In this document: positions 14,101-32,475 of the stretch, in pieces
Layout of the letters: every line of letters begins with the position of its first letter
Numbering within the stretch: position 1 is the stretch's first letter
DNA from: Paragordius varius
Lineage: Eukaryota > Animalia > Nematomorpha
DNA length: 64,000 bases
Reading direction: 5' to 3'
Assembly (NCBI GenBank): GCA_964247055.1
Contig: OZ176050.1
Coordinates: 7,874,001 to 7,938,000, forward strand
Notes under the pieces: generated by a model
Told to the model about the DNA's origin: nothing
Seen by the model: only the letters and a program-made list of their open reading frames with translations
The model's database searches: none
Translations under genes and position numbers: made by a program

Positions 14101-14254
14101 TTAACAGGTTCTTCCTTTTTTCGTTTTTTCCCTTGCCTTCCTGGAAGTGTACGACCTCGATAACCTCTACGTGCATACCTGTTAAATTAATAATTTAAGA
14201 AAATAATTACCTTTTAATAATAAGATTATAGGATGAAAAGCATGCGTTCCACAT
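8128..14254 (-). CDS. MRPL1: Mitochondrial ribosomal protein L1 (uL1m)
   Basis: Phase-consistent GT-AG exons 14254-14211, 14178-~14070, 13260-13038, 12199-12055, 9103-8720, 8273-8128. Basic N-terminal presequence, 'VPMDDVYL...IYNLREAIEMHK', 'FDYVICTPEM', 'LGKGMMPHPSKGNVGTDV' and C-terminal 'FILKLYLSAPPSPE' are typical of metazoan MRPL1. Confidence 0.9.
9255..10318 (+). mobile_element. Non-autonomous Helitron with internal ~510-bp tandem duplication (MRPL1 intron)
   Basis: 5' end TC(TATATATTTATAAAA) after A9254. 3' end has the hairpin GAAGTCC-GAA-GGACTTC followed by CTAG at 10315-10318, then T10319. No TSD. Block 'ttgtgatctg...ggaaaaccgg' repeats at ~9288 and ~9798. Confidence 0.75.
10657..10870 (+). 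mobile_element. 5'-truncated RTE-like LINE fragment (ORF2 C-terminus)
   Basis: Translates IPDLDSRIRAKRLRWAGHIHRRSPD...RSRPGLPLK, then after a frameshift TWSSTISDNL. Matches the 'RLRWAGH...GRP..RW.D' tail of RTE-clade ORF2. Confidence 0.75.
10935..11885 (+). repeat. ~950-bp interspersed repeat, copy 1
   Basis: Collinear, diverged reverse complement of 36815-37790 (for example 'ctctcgcttcgcgcgtttg' and 'aaaactcgagtggcagaaaaattt'). Confidence 0.8.
13590..13864. mobile_element. Degenerate hAT (Charlie-like) MITE
   Basis: Ends caagcgtgtcgaac / ttggacaactctg. 3' part 'aaaaatgcggccgcgaaacaatttgtcttggacaac' resembles 50910-50951. TSD not preserved. Confidence 0.55.
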
Positions 14255-14419
14255 CTGATCTTTTGAATGCGCCCAGAGATAAACAATATTCGAAAAAAAT
14301 TACAGGTATATTTTATATAATGTTATTAGGAGCAAAATGATTTTTTAATACAACTTATCTTGAAAAAAAGAGAATATAAAATTAAAAAGAAGTTGAACAA
14401 ATTAAATAAAAATGGTAAA

Positions 14420-14752
14420 ATGTTAGAAAAACCTACTGATCGGATTGCAAAAACCGATAGTTTATGTGATCTTTTAAAGATTTTTGACTCTGATCACTTA
14501 AAACAGTACATTATTTATAAATATAGGGATAAATTTACTCAAACTAATTTAGAGCCAAAGATGGAAATAATTGACGGACCAATTAAACCTAAGCAACATG
14601 AAATAGAAATATTACCAAAAGTTACTAAAAATCCCATAGAATATAGCATATCAGATGAGGAATTCGAAAATCCGATAATCTCCATATCATCTTCGCTTAG
14701 CCTAAGTAATGTTTCAGGATCCCTTTCATCTGGGGAAATAATATTTGATTGA
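14420..14752 (+). CDS. Orphan ORF (110 aa), head-to-head with MRPL1
   Basis: ATG-initiated, with a more protein-like composition than the flanks and an acidic/Ser-rich C-terminus. No recognisable domain. May be an exon of a longer gene. Confidence 0.4.
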   Translation: MLEKPTDRIAKTDSLCDLLKIFDSDHLKQYIIYKYRDKFTQTNLEPKMEIIDGPIKPKQHEIEILPKVTKNPIEYSISDEEFENPIISISSSLSLSNVSGSLSSGEIIFD

Positions 14753-15705
14753 ATAATGTCTATTCTAAATATTTTATATAATTATTTATATGTTTAAATA
14801 TTATGTGGCAAATGATATAAATTATAAAACATTATTTATATTCAATTTAATTTATAACATGTAAATGATGCAATAAATCAAACCTTTTCAGCTATAATTC
14901 CATATATTTCTTTTTTGATGCAAGCCTTTTTGATTTATACTATTTTTAAAAAGTTAATTCCACTATTGTGTGCTTTTACAAAATATTTTTGTGTATAAAC
15001 CAATATTACAGTTTTTTAAATTCCAAAAGCATTTTAGGTATATTTTTTAATTTCCAATTTCCCGTAACATTTTTTGGGTTAATATTACAATAAAAATATT
15101 TTAATTGCATCTCTATTTACCCAAATACTTTTTCCATACAACTATATATGATAATAGCTGTCCAATTTTTTGATTGATTAAGTCAAAAAAACGGAAAAAG
15201 CCGTACTAGAAGTGGTTAGGATAATTTTTAGAGAAAGATATAAATAACACATAAATTTTGACTTAAATGGGTAAAATTAACCGAAAACGGTTTAAAAACA
15301 ATATGAATAAAGACAGTGCACTATTAGATATTAAAACTTTGAACAGTCATATATTATCATTTGGCGCTTCAAAGACTTAATATTATTAGATTATATAAAT
15401 TATACTTAGTCACGTATAATATTACAAAATTTTTATTTTATTGTTAAATTTAATTTTCACAACGTCTTTAATCTGTATCTTTTTTTTCGTTCGAGTCACC
15501 ACACTTATACTTAATGATGTGGACAAAAACAATCTGAAATTAGAGTACAATGCAAACAACGCTTTCAATTAATACATATATTTTCATCAAAGATAATAAG
15601 GATTTATTTTATACAAAATTTAAATATGCCACATTTTTGGCATTAAATATAAATATCCAATTAAAAATAAAATATTATCCATTTTAGTATACTCAAAATT
15701 AATAC

Positions 15706-21616
<5,911 letters not shown>

Positions 21617-22129
21617 AACGTCATTGAATCCACACATACTGCTCAATTTTTAGTTCTCTATTTCAATTTATTTGCGATACAATTTGACGGAAAAAACAAT
21701 GTTAATAAATATACCTTTAAATATGCCTAGTTTGATAGAGTAAAAAAATTTGATTTACACGTAAAGCTGTCAATAAAGATCTATTAATTAAATTTGCTGA
21801 AAGTTTCTTATGTACTCAAAATAGCGCAGCAATGTATTTTATATATTATTTGGGTGGTAAATTGCGAATAATGACAATATCAGGTATTAAGATTCATATT
21901 TTACAGTATGGACATTTATGCTGGCTTATTCACATTATTGTTGGCCACTCTACAACACAGTAAGATATGGGTAAAAACAACAAAATGGTGAAATTAAAAA
22001 TTTTTTTCCTTTTATTTATTTATATATGGAGCAAATTTGTTTTATAATACACGCTACTTTATACGAAATGGCCAAAAATAATGTGAAAATACCAGCATAA
22101 ATTTGCATACTGTAAACTATAAATCATAT

Positions 22130-22620
22130 TTTTTGTATTATAAATATGGTTAACACTCCATTATTTGGGGTAATTTTATATTCCAGAGCGAGTTGAAATT
22201 CGAATATTTTAAAAAGTGTATAAGGTATTAAGCCGAAAAATATGCTTGCTTTAGCTTTCGCATAATGCAAAAAAATTAAAAAAAATGTAAAATTGTAAAA
22301 AATCATCATCTCAAATTTTTATGCCGCTATATTTTTATTATAAATTTTTTTAAATCGCTATTGTAACAGGCAAATAATTGTATATTATGGTTAGAAAATT
22401 TAAAAAGCTTCTAGGCTACATTTTACCAGAAATATCTTGTTATATTTTGATTTTAATATCAGCTGTTCGTTTCAATCGTGTTATAGAGCTGTCCTAACTT
22501 TAGAAGTCACAATGTAAAAAATATTTTATCTAATACATGAGAACAGTGTTTAATAATTAAATTTTAACTAAAGCTATCAAAACTGTAGTTTATTTACATA
22601 ATTGAGCTCTGGGATATATA
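22130..22620 (-). repeat. Repeat family B, inverted copy
   Basis: Starts TTAACACTCCATTATTTGGGGTAA. Contains reverse complements of the 'aaatggcg..aaaaagtttgagatgag' and 'gacagctc..aacacgattgaa' motifs. Confidence 0.65.
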
Positions 22621-23645
22621 TCCACCTATAAATAAACGAGGAAAAAAATGATAAAATTGAATCACCAGACTATTTTAATTGATATTATTAAACTAATGAA
22701 AGAGACGGTCCAATTTGAATTTATGCTTTTATTCTATAATCATTTAATAAAAATTTAGTTTTAAATACCTCGCAATTTTTATTTTAAAACACTTTTGAAA
22801 AATATCGTTTCTTTAACGTTTTTTAAAATTTATAACATTGATTTCAATTTTGACTTTCAAGCTTATCCATAAACAATATATATCAATTTTTTTTAATCTT
22901 TTTTTATTTCCGAACAATGTTGTACAGTGCAAATTTTTGCCATGGTTTTAATATAATCCACATTATTTAAATCGAAGGCCTGAAATGAATGTGTTGTATC
23001 CAAGTGTTTAAAATCGTAAATAGGTTTTAGCCAAAAAGCATAAAGTGCGTAATTATTTTTCGCTAGAAATGCTATTTTTTTAGGCTTTATAAGCTAAACT
23101 GACTATCATTCTTTGAAAATTAATATATATCGGCGAATGTAGAACACGATCATTGAGAAGGTCACTATATTAAAAAGTAAAAATCTTTTACCAAACTTAC
23201 TTACCCAAGTGGGATTATAGTCCAACACTGATATCTATCTTATAGAAAAAATCTTAGAACTTTATTTAAATTTTATATAAAAATACTCTATAAATCTTAA
23301 AAATAGTAACGTTTATTTTATATTTGTTATGAATTTTCTTAATTAATATTCATTAATTTGATTGCGACGGTCAGAAGATTTCTGGGGTATTTTGAATTTT
23401 ATTTTAAAGTTTTGAGTTAGAATTTTTATAATGTCCAATAAAATATTTAAACTTAAACTAACCTTAATAGTGTTTTGGGGGTTTAATTAGAGAAATTATA
23501 TATGTCAATTAAAATAAGTTGAAATTTACTTATATAATAATTCGTAATTTGGTATGTAAAATATCAGTACACTGGTCAAAAAATTCTATAAAACAATTTT
23601 AAATTGCAAATAATAGGAATATACATTAAAACAATAGGGTAGATC

Positions 23646-24056
23646 CTATGAGTTTTCAGACTCTTGGAATCTATATATAAGGTTTTATTTAACTTGCACT
23701 TTGGGCATGTATAAAAAACAGTTTGTCCTTCGTCTATTGATCTTAATTGTTGCGTAGTGTAGGCCATTTTATCATTATTACATTTAATGCAAGTTCTATC
23801 AACCTAATATAAATTACATGAGATATACCAATGGACCTATTGAAACATCTTTGTTTTTAATAGGTTTTTTAATGGAGGAAGTATTGAAAACAATTTCATA
23901 GCGATTTTCAACATGATTTTCTAATATTAAATTTCACAAACCTTTTAATTGATATTTATATGGACAGTTCCAACATTTAATAATATTAGTGTTAATTGGC
24001 AATGGTAAAATAGACTCACAATGCGGGCAAAAATTTTTTGAATCGTCGGACTCCAT
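23646..24056 (-). CDS. POLR1H: RNA polymerase I subunit RPA12 (113 aa)
   Basis: Exons 24056-23942, 23920-23829, 23803-23694, 23670-23646 sum to 342 nt. Two zinc ribbons (CPHC..CWNC; CIKC..CPKC), TFIIS-like 'QLRSIDEGQTVFYTC' and terminal 'FQESENS'. Introns of 21, 25 and 23 nt. Confidence 0.95.
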
Positions 24057-24174
24057 AAAAAGACCCAGATGTGAAATTTGCGCAAATTTATGCAGAGCAA
24101 ATTTTTAATTCTGGCATCAACTTATTGTTCAATTAACTAAAATTTACTTCCAATTTCCATGTTTTCTCTAACAC

Positions 24175-24730
24175 TTTGATTTAATTTGGGGAATCTAATC
24201 AACCTAGACTAAATTAAAGTAAATTTTAAATCTACTGAAGGAAACGTTCCTAATTTAAATTTATGCTTCTATCCCAATAAAAATTATATAAATAACCTAA
24301 AATATCTTAATAAATTATTTTGAAAAAAATGCCAAACTACTTGGACGCCATTTATTTTGTAAAAAAATTTCAAAATATCGTGTTCATTTATTTTTTAAGG
24401 TATAATTGAAGCTTATTTTTTATTTAAATCTAACATTAAAACAAGTTAAAAAAAGTTGTTTTTTGTATTATTTTTTAATTTAGCCAATGACACATGTCGC
24501 GTTGACTAAATTTTTACCTTTGGGTTTTACCTTAAAATAAGTAATATCAAGTTTTTTGAAAAATGTTTTTTTATATATTCCGGTTTATTAATGTTTTATA
24601 AATGCAAAATTTTGCCATGGTTTCCATTCCTCCAATAATTTTTAGAGTATTTAATTTTAAACAGCCCTAGGGTATTTAACTACCCCAATTTGAATCGAAG
24701 GACTAAAATGAATGTGTTGTATCCAAAAAT
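24175..24730 (+). mobile_element. piggyBac-like MITE family A copy
   Basis: Collinear with 60655-61245 and, inverted, with 43060-43555. Subterminal inverted 'ttggggta/tacccca' motif. Confidence 0.7.
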
Positions 24731-24779
24731 TAAATTAAACTGTCATCTCATATATAAAGATATTTTGAAAGCAATTACA

Positions 24780-25350
24780 TATTTGTTTATCCCTGAATAA
24801 CTAACAAGAAAAGGGTGCAATACCGGAAATAATATTCCTATATAATTTTTTGTTAATTTTTAACAGATGGTCACCTTTTTATTTTTTGTCCGCGATAACA
24901 TATTGGGGCAGTATGTACCCCAGAGTTTAATCTTGTAAATAAATTACTGCTTTGAAAGATATTTTAGTTAAAATTTAAATTATCAAACGTAGTTCTACTG
25001 AGAAAATATAAAAGTATGTATTTTTTGAGTTTTCTAACCAGAGTCTAATATTAGGACAGCTCCAAAAAACGATTGAAGCGTAAAATTAAAACATACATTT
25101 AACCATAATATACATTTGATGGATATTTATTAGCCATTAAAAATATTTATCAAAAAAATATAGCGGGAAAAAAGTTTGAGATGAGAATTTTTTAAATTTA
25201 ACATTTTTATATTTTTGTATAATCTAATGCGCCTAATACGCTAAAGAAAGCATATTTTTAAATTCGGTTTACTTCAAACATTTGTAAAATATTCGAATTT
25301 CACATCGTTCTGGAACATAAAACTACGCCAAAAGCGAAGGGCTGTTAAGT
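24780..25350 (+). repeat. Repeat family B copy
   Basis: Collinear with 61800-62325. Ends '...aaaactacgccaaaagcgaagggctgTTAA'. Confidence 0.6.
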
Positions 25351-26504
25351 AGATATTTGAGAAATATAAAATTTATTTTAAAAAATATATTGAAACAGGA
25401 AACATCACAGATACCTCGTGGCTGCTTTCATAATTTTTGGTTTTTTGAGCCCATTTTTGGATCATTATCTTTCAAATAGTCGTAAAATTTTAATTAAAAT
25501 CCAATTTTTTATTTTTAACATTCAAAGCAATTTTTGCTTACGGAAAAAACGTGTTGGATATACATGAATTAGGCTAATAAACTTTTAAATCATAATATTT
25601 AAGTGACGAGATCTTCCAAAAAGTGTTTCATGCCCCAACATGCTTTAAGATACCTTGATGACACGCCTTCAACACAATTCTAAGGTATTTTAACAACATA
25701 TGCATTAGTAAATTTATTATAATATAGAATATATAAAAAACAATCTCGGTATTAACTAACTCATTTTAGCTTCAAAATACTTTAGTAGAACCCTACTAAT
25801 TTAAATTTTTTACCACAATGTTTTTTGTTTTAGCTTTGACCAAAAATAATTTGATTTGTGTTCTAAATTTTAGATTTGATATAGAGCAATTACAACAAAA
25901 ATGGAAATAACTTTGATGACTTATAAGCCCCATATTCAAGCAGTATTCCTGAACGTGAAACCCGTATATTGTGCTCTGCGTAATATTCATTAAGTAATTA
26001 ACATTATATATTTTTGCTGTTTGACATTTTTTATTTGCTTGGTGATTACAATTAATATGGGTGGATTTATATCTTTCGAAAACCCATGATGTTGTATATA
26101 ATTTCATTTCATAATTATACTAATCGAGGTTAAAGATTTTCTAATTTATGTGATATTAGAATAATAAAAGCCCCAACCTTGCACAAGATTATAGTGACCT
26201 TTTCATGGTAAATGCTGGTTAAAAATATAAACATAGGCCAAAACAAATTTCAATACTGTCAACTCAATAATTTAATACACTATTAAATCTCATATGTTTT
26301 TCTAATAATATTTAATGCATTTATATTATCATTATAATCCGATCTAGATTATTCATAATAGTTTTGTTTGTTTTTTATGATATTCTTTTTCGTCTGGGGA
26401 TGTTTATCTATTCTGGTAGTAAATTTAACTTTTTCAAATCAAAATAACTGATGAGTTTGCGGTCAAAATAAAAACTGATGATTAGGGATCGAGTTTCGGG
26501 GTAT

Positions 26505-26519
26505 TGATATATATATATA

Positions 26520-26552
<33 letters not shown>
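26505..26552. repeat. (TA)n microsatellite
   Basis: Directly visible run with one interruption. Shorter (TA)n runs near 5065 and 7815, and (TTA)n near 9105 and 20540. Confidence 0.95.
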
Positions 26553-26556
<4 letters not shown>

Positions 26557-26883
26557 AAAACGAAATCACAGTACCCATATGTAACACTCTATAACAGCTA
26601 ACAATAGAGCCCATCAATGTGCTTTTAATATAAACTGCAGCATCTATGAACTAAATGAGTCCTACATTCACGTCATAATTGTTTGTAATTAAGTTTACCA
26701 AAACTCACTCAATAGTTTTGGGTCCTTATAATAAGCCAAAACAATCAGAGTGTATTTATCATTTTAATCATCAATAAATTTCAAAAGGGTCATGATACGA
26801 TTGCGCTATATATTTTTCCACAATCAGGATAATATTGGGGGGATGAGGTCTACCATATTTTTTTACGTTTTTCTAATTTCTTG

Positions 26884-26968
26884 ACCAGCCTGAAACGTAT
26901 TAAACCCTAAAACTTTTAAATTTGTGGACCAGCTTGAAACGTATTAAACCCTAAAACTTTTAAATTTG
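26884..26968 (+). repeat. 44-bp direct tandem duplication
   Basis: accagc(c/t)tgaaacgtattaaaccctaaaacttttaaatttgt occurs twice in tandem. Confidence 0.9.
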
Positions 26969-27062
26969 TTACACAAATCGATGCCGCTTTAGATATTTTT
27001 CACCTAGTTATTAGATTATATGTTTATATTATTTTACATCATATTTATATGCCGTTTAACGG

Positions 27063-27355
27063 CACAGGTTCCCAACCTTTTTTCGTTCACACTAAAATAA
27101 AAATTCTTGAGCCCCCCTCTCAAAATCCAAAATAAAAATGTAAAATATATTATAATATTATAAAAATCTAAATCAATGAGATCCTAATATCTGCATTTTT
27201 TTGAAATTTTTCCCATATCGGTGACAAATGTTGATTCGCACCTTAAATTCAATATGTTTCTAGTTTCTTTTTAAAATAAATTCTCCAAATTTTTCGCGCC
27301 CTCCTCCTCCTCCCCCCCCCCCCTAGATTTTTCAATGTCTCCCTGAGAACCACTG
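27063..27355. mobile_element. hAT (Charlie/MER5-like) MITE
   Basis: Ends cacaggttcccaacc / tgagaaccactg. Flanks gtttaacg / gtctaacg (7/8, one extra G on the left). Confidence 0.7.
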
Positions 27356-27845
27356 GTCTAACGGAATGTAAAAACACATCATTTGGAAAAAAATAGATAC
27401 TATACCTAAATGACAATTGTTTTTTAAATTATAATATTCATTAATTTAAAATCAAAACTTAGTTTTAATAATTTTCGGTAACTATTATCGTTGCTAACCA
27501 ATAAATATAGATTTTATATTGATGGGATTCTTTAAAAAAAATACTCTTAACGAAGATATAACAGATTAATAAAGCAAAATCTGATATATTTTGAATTTCA
27601 TTTATTAATAATTTTTTATACCTTATAATAAATACTATCACAATCTCCAAATTACTTGACACACATCATGAAAAGTAATTGTTATATTATTAAAAAATCT
27701 ATTCATTATAAAAACTAGAAAATCAATAGCCCACACTTTAATAGATATTTAGTGATGGTTTTTTTTTCTTTTTTTAACTATATATTAATTATCACTTAAA
27801 AACCATATTTTTTATAATCCTGATGAAATTTAATTAAATTATCAA

Positions 27846-30800
27846 ATGAATCAACAACTTATGGCGTATTTTATGACTTTTTGGTTTTTTGGAGGACTGA
27901 TATATCCCCACCGTTTTGTAATGAGTTGCAACAATTTTTTATGCTCCAATAATCGGTGTATCGATAAAAAATTTGTTTGTGATGGAATTGATTCATGTGG
28001 CGACAATTCTGACGAAATGTCTTGTTATGGTAAAGTACTAATGTTTTTATTTTTAAATAATGTATAGAAAAAATAATTTTTCACTATATGCTTAAATAAT
28101 AGTAATTCGTAGTAGAAAGTTTTTCAAGTATGTAAGTCCAGAATATTTGTAGTTTTTATTTTAATGGTAATGGTTAATAATTTGAAATATAATTGGCCCA
28201 TTTATTTTTAATGACAAACCTTTAATAACTGAAAAAAACATTTTTTGAATTTATTATGATTCAAACATTCATTATAATAAAAGCATTTATAAAGGATTTC
28301 TACTTCAAATATTTTACCACTCTGGCATCTTTTAACTCTTTTTCAAGAGCCCAATTTCAATCTACAGAAAACGAATTAAACATTTATATTTTATAGTTTG
28401 TAATCAAACGATTGCAGTCACACAAGAATGGCAGGTGTTACAGAGCCCGTTTATGAAGCTAGGAAAATCGATTACATGCAGCTATACATTGAGAATAGAT
28501 TATACATCTTTACACGCTAACAAAATTAATGATCAACTAATTATTGATACTGATAATGATGATAATCAAAACAAAATTCACAAAGCGTTAGAAGAAAAAC
28601 CAATAAAATCTAATTCCCAAATGTATAATATAACAGTCATGTGGCTACCACAAAAGGAACTCATAAAAGCTATGTATGGACAAAGATATAAAATAAAATT
28701 AGTTGTGAAAGAGTTTGATTTTGGTGTTTATAAAGCAGAAAATGATTGTAATCAAGCATATCTCCAAATTATAGATGGCCCGTTGTATGCCCTCAACGTT
28801 AAAAAAATCAAAATAAATTATAAGAAGCGTTTCAAGATGGTGAATAATTTAATTAAATCGTTTAGGGTTAGGGTATTTAACAAAACTTTAACACCCAATC
28901 AAACTACACTATCAACTCTAATCAATGATTGTAAGATCGCCCTTCAAACTTTACCGACGTTATCAAACCCATATAATACTACATCACAAAAAGACCACCT
29001 GTTAAAGATGAGTTCATGTGATGAGCTTTCACACAATAAAGAAATTGAAACTTATTATTATTTAATAACGAAATATAAAGCACTTATACGATCAGCCGAA
29101 AAAAGTGCCTTATTAGATGCGACGAGTAAACCAAACACAAATGATGTTGGTCGTTTATGTGGTCAAATAAAATCAATGCACATATTTTCAGATGATAATG
29201 ATGTGGACGTGGACTATATGTCCAATTACAATGCAATGCCAAAAGATAAAAATTATGCTAAAAATATCATTTTTATATCCCAGGGATCATGGGTAAAACT
29301 CAATCTGGTAACACAGAATTATTATGCGCACCATCGATATTTTAGGATCCATTATAAAATTATGGACATATTTAAATTTTTGAATAATAATAAAAATAAC
29401 ACTACTCCAAAACATTATAGAGAGCTGCCAACAAAACATACAAAATTATTATTGGATTTTTTAGAAAAACTACCTCTACCAAATAAATATTCGCATATCG
29501 TTTTACGAAATTCTTTATTTAACCCATATAATGAATTTTCCATCCACGGGACGTATTGCGACAAAATTCTGATAAATTGCGAATGGCCTTATTGTAAATT
29601 AAATTCTCCAGGGTATCCCGGTACCATTCTACCTTCAATCAAATGTAATTGGTTAATAATTAACACGGATGGACATAGTCAAGTAAATTAAAATCACCCC
29701 TTTTTATTGAATACATTTTTTCTAATATCCAAGTACTTTTATTATAGAATCAAAATTGAAAATACTCCCGTTTCAACAAATATTTGATTTTTTCATTGAA
29801 TGGCTAAAAACAGAAAATTTTCACGATGTGAAATGATTAAACTTTTGTCGTTATAAAAATTCTATTATTATTAAAATAGATAAAGATTAGACAACACGGA
29901 AAGCAATTCAATCTTGGTAGCCGTATGTGTGAGGATGGTTTGGAATGTTTAAAAAAACATTACGTTCAAGATCGTGATACTGATGATACCTGTACAGAAA
30001 CTATCAATTTCTATGATTCTTATCAAGCTGATGATTCCAAGCTTATAGGATCATTTTGCGGGTATGGTGGCCAATCTTATCAACACAGAATGGTGTACAA
30101 CAAAAAAACGTTTTGGCGAAAATTCCCTAAAATTAAATCTAGCAGTAATATGCTGTACATTGAATACGTTAATGATAAAACAGCTTCGGCTCTTACATCA
30201 AATCGCTTTACCTTTATAATTTCGAGCAAAAAATATGATGATCTAAATCCTCCAAAACTTAGTATAAATCAAATCACGTATGGAAATAAATTTAACAAAA
30301 AATTAGCATATATAAAGCCAAGTTGTAATTTTACCATTAAAAGTTATTGGGGAAATAGTGTTTACCCTCGTAATCGCACTTTCCAAATTATTTACGGTAT
30401 AAAAATGGATAATATAACATTTGACAAAAATGTGATTCCATTTCCTAGACTAAGCCAAGAATCTACAAACTTAAACACAAAATTTTTTGACAATAAAGAG
30501 GGATACATTTCAAACCTTGAGCATTGGTATCCAGCAAACACCACATGTTACATAAAATTTAATGGTTTGGCCCACGAAAGGATTTGGATCTACTTTTCAA
30601 AATTTTCATATGCCTCAGATTTCAATTTAAGTCGGCCCATACAAGATTTATCAGGAAATGCTAATCCTTCCGATGTCAGGCTTACAATTTATGATTCAGA
30701 TTCCGTTATAAATGAAAAAATTATATCGGTATATGACAGATTAAATAGACCGAAAATGTGTGCACGTGAAACGAAATTAGTCAATCAAAAATTATATTTA

Positions 30801-32438
30801 CAATCGATGCCAGCTTGTAAAATATTTACTCATGGCTTATTCTCGTCAGGACCAAATATATTAATAACTTTCACATCTGTTACTAATACATATTACAGCA
30901 GTCCATTGCAATATAAAATCCATTACAAATTTTTGGATGGTAAACCCCAAGGTACACCCGTGCTTAATACCTTATGCGATGAAATAATGGATGAAACTGA
31001 GGGCAAAACAATCGGTACCATTGATTTCAATTATAAGCGCCTCCCATTATTGATGTATAAAAAGATGGCTGAAATTAAGCAAAACAAAAATAACTACATG
31101 TTCAATCAACGCAACGATAATGCTGCTATCGATAATGATTATATCCGTATCCAATGTAATTTCATTATACCAGAATCCAAAAGAGGCGATAAAAAATTGA
31201 TTATCCGTTTCGATGAGTTAACTATAAAAAATGCTCCAGCATATCTTCATGACTGCACTGATTGCTGTATTGATGGAATGTGTCCTCTAACCCTTACCCC
31301 TAATCCCTATATGAATTATATAAGGGTAACAGAAACATGGAATCAAGGTGTAAAAAGGCAAAATAAGACAGTAACATGTTTCTGTGACTCTGAACCACTG
31401 GAAAAGCCATTTATATATGTAACACAACGGGCATCATCCCTTAACATTGAACTAAATTTAATGATTATTTTGAATGAAAAACAAAACACGAATGATTACT
31501 CAAATTTACAATCTTTTACACTGAAATACAAATATGTATCCTTCAATTGTAGTCAATTGAGACAGCTTTCAAAACATAATATGATGCTTTCAACCATATC
31601 CAAGCGCCATTATCCGTTTAATTGTGCTTATGATGTACAAGCGCCTCCGTATTTTTGGTTAAAATTAAACGTTACCCCAGCCCTACAAATATTATCAACT
31701 TCACAATCATATTGTCCACATAATCTATTAATTATATCTACAGTGGCTCCAGAAAATTTGATAGAAGAAGGTTATACTAATCATTCAAAATCAATGGTTC
31801 GCTACACACCATATATACCTGAAAAACATGTAATCCTAAGTGCTTTATGCTATATCCCTTCATTTAGGAACGAAACAATTTCATCAAAATCGTTTGAAGT
31901 GTTCTCCTATGGTTTTACATCTTTGCATTATGCACATCCGCAATCACATTATATGAGTCTTACGTATGTTTCTCACGGCACTCTGACATCCACTCTCAAC
32001 ATAAGCGTTTCGCTTTTAACTCTACTCCGAATACTGGATGATAAACAGCAAATTAGTGAACACATCTCATCACCGGCAATGATTCCATTGTCACGCCGGT
32101 GGAGAAAATCGGTCAAGTGCGACTTTACATGTCCAGACAATCTTACGTGCATAGACAAGGGTCAAATGTGCAATCAGATTGTAGATTGTCCAATGAGTAG
32201 CACCATGTGGTTTAAGAATTACAGTAATTACAAATCTTTGAGCAATATATTAACGCATAATGTGGATTGGTGGAATTTGTACAAACAAGCACACAACGAT
32301 GAGTCCCCGCTAACATGTGATTGGCGGCACAAAAATAGTCGTATGCTTATACTTGCAACCTGTCTTACGCTTGGTGCAATCATATTTCTCCTTATTTTGT
32401 ACGTTCTCATTAAACGTAGCAATAAAATAATTGAATAA
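27846..32438 (+). CDS. LDLa + multiple CUB domain type I transmembrane protein (~1340 aa)
   Basis: Exons 27846-28029, 28397-29682, 29880-32438, phase-consistent. Hydrophobic N-terminus, LDLa ([27 protein letters not shown]), CUB motifs (YLQIIDG..GRLCG; LNSPGYPG; IGSFCG), second LDLa-like repeat, TM segment [21 protein letters not shown], short tail. Confidence 0.88.
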
Positions 32439-32475
32439 TTTTTGTATAATACTATATTTATTTAATAAATAATTT

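Noticed and set aside
25600-26107. 103-aa ORF and 'LKACHQGILKHVG' as an integrase zinc-finger remnant
   Set aside because: Only a short motif followed by a stop; no LTRs or other retroviral domains are visible.
26448-26500. CTGATGAG-tttg(cggt)caaa as a second hammerhead
   Set aside because: The GAAA box is replaced by TAAAA, and there is no convincing stem I, stem III or NUH triplet.
28840-28865. 26-nt GT...AG intron-like segment in the CUB gene exon
   Set aside because: The exon is open through it and removal would shift the frame.
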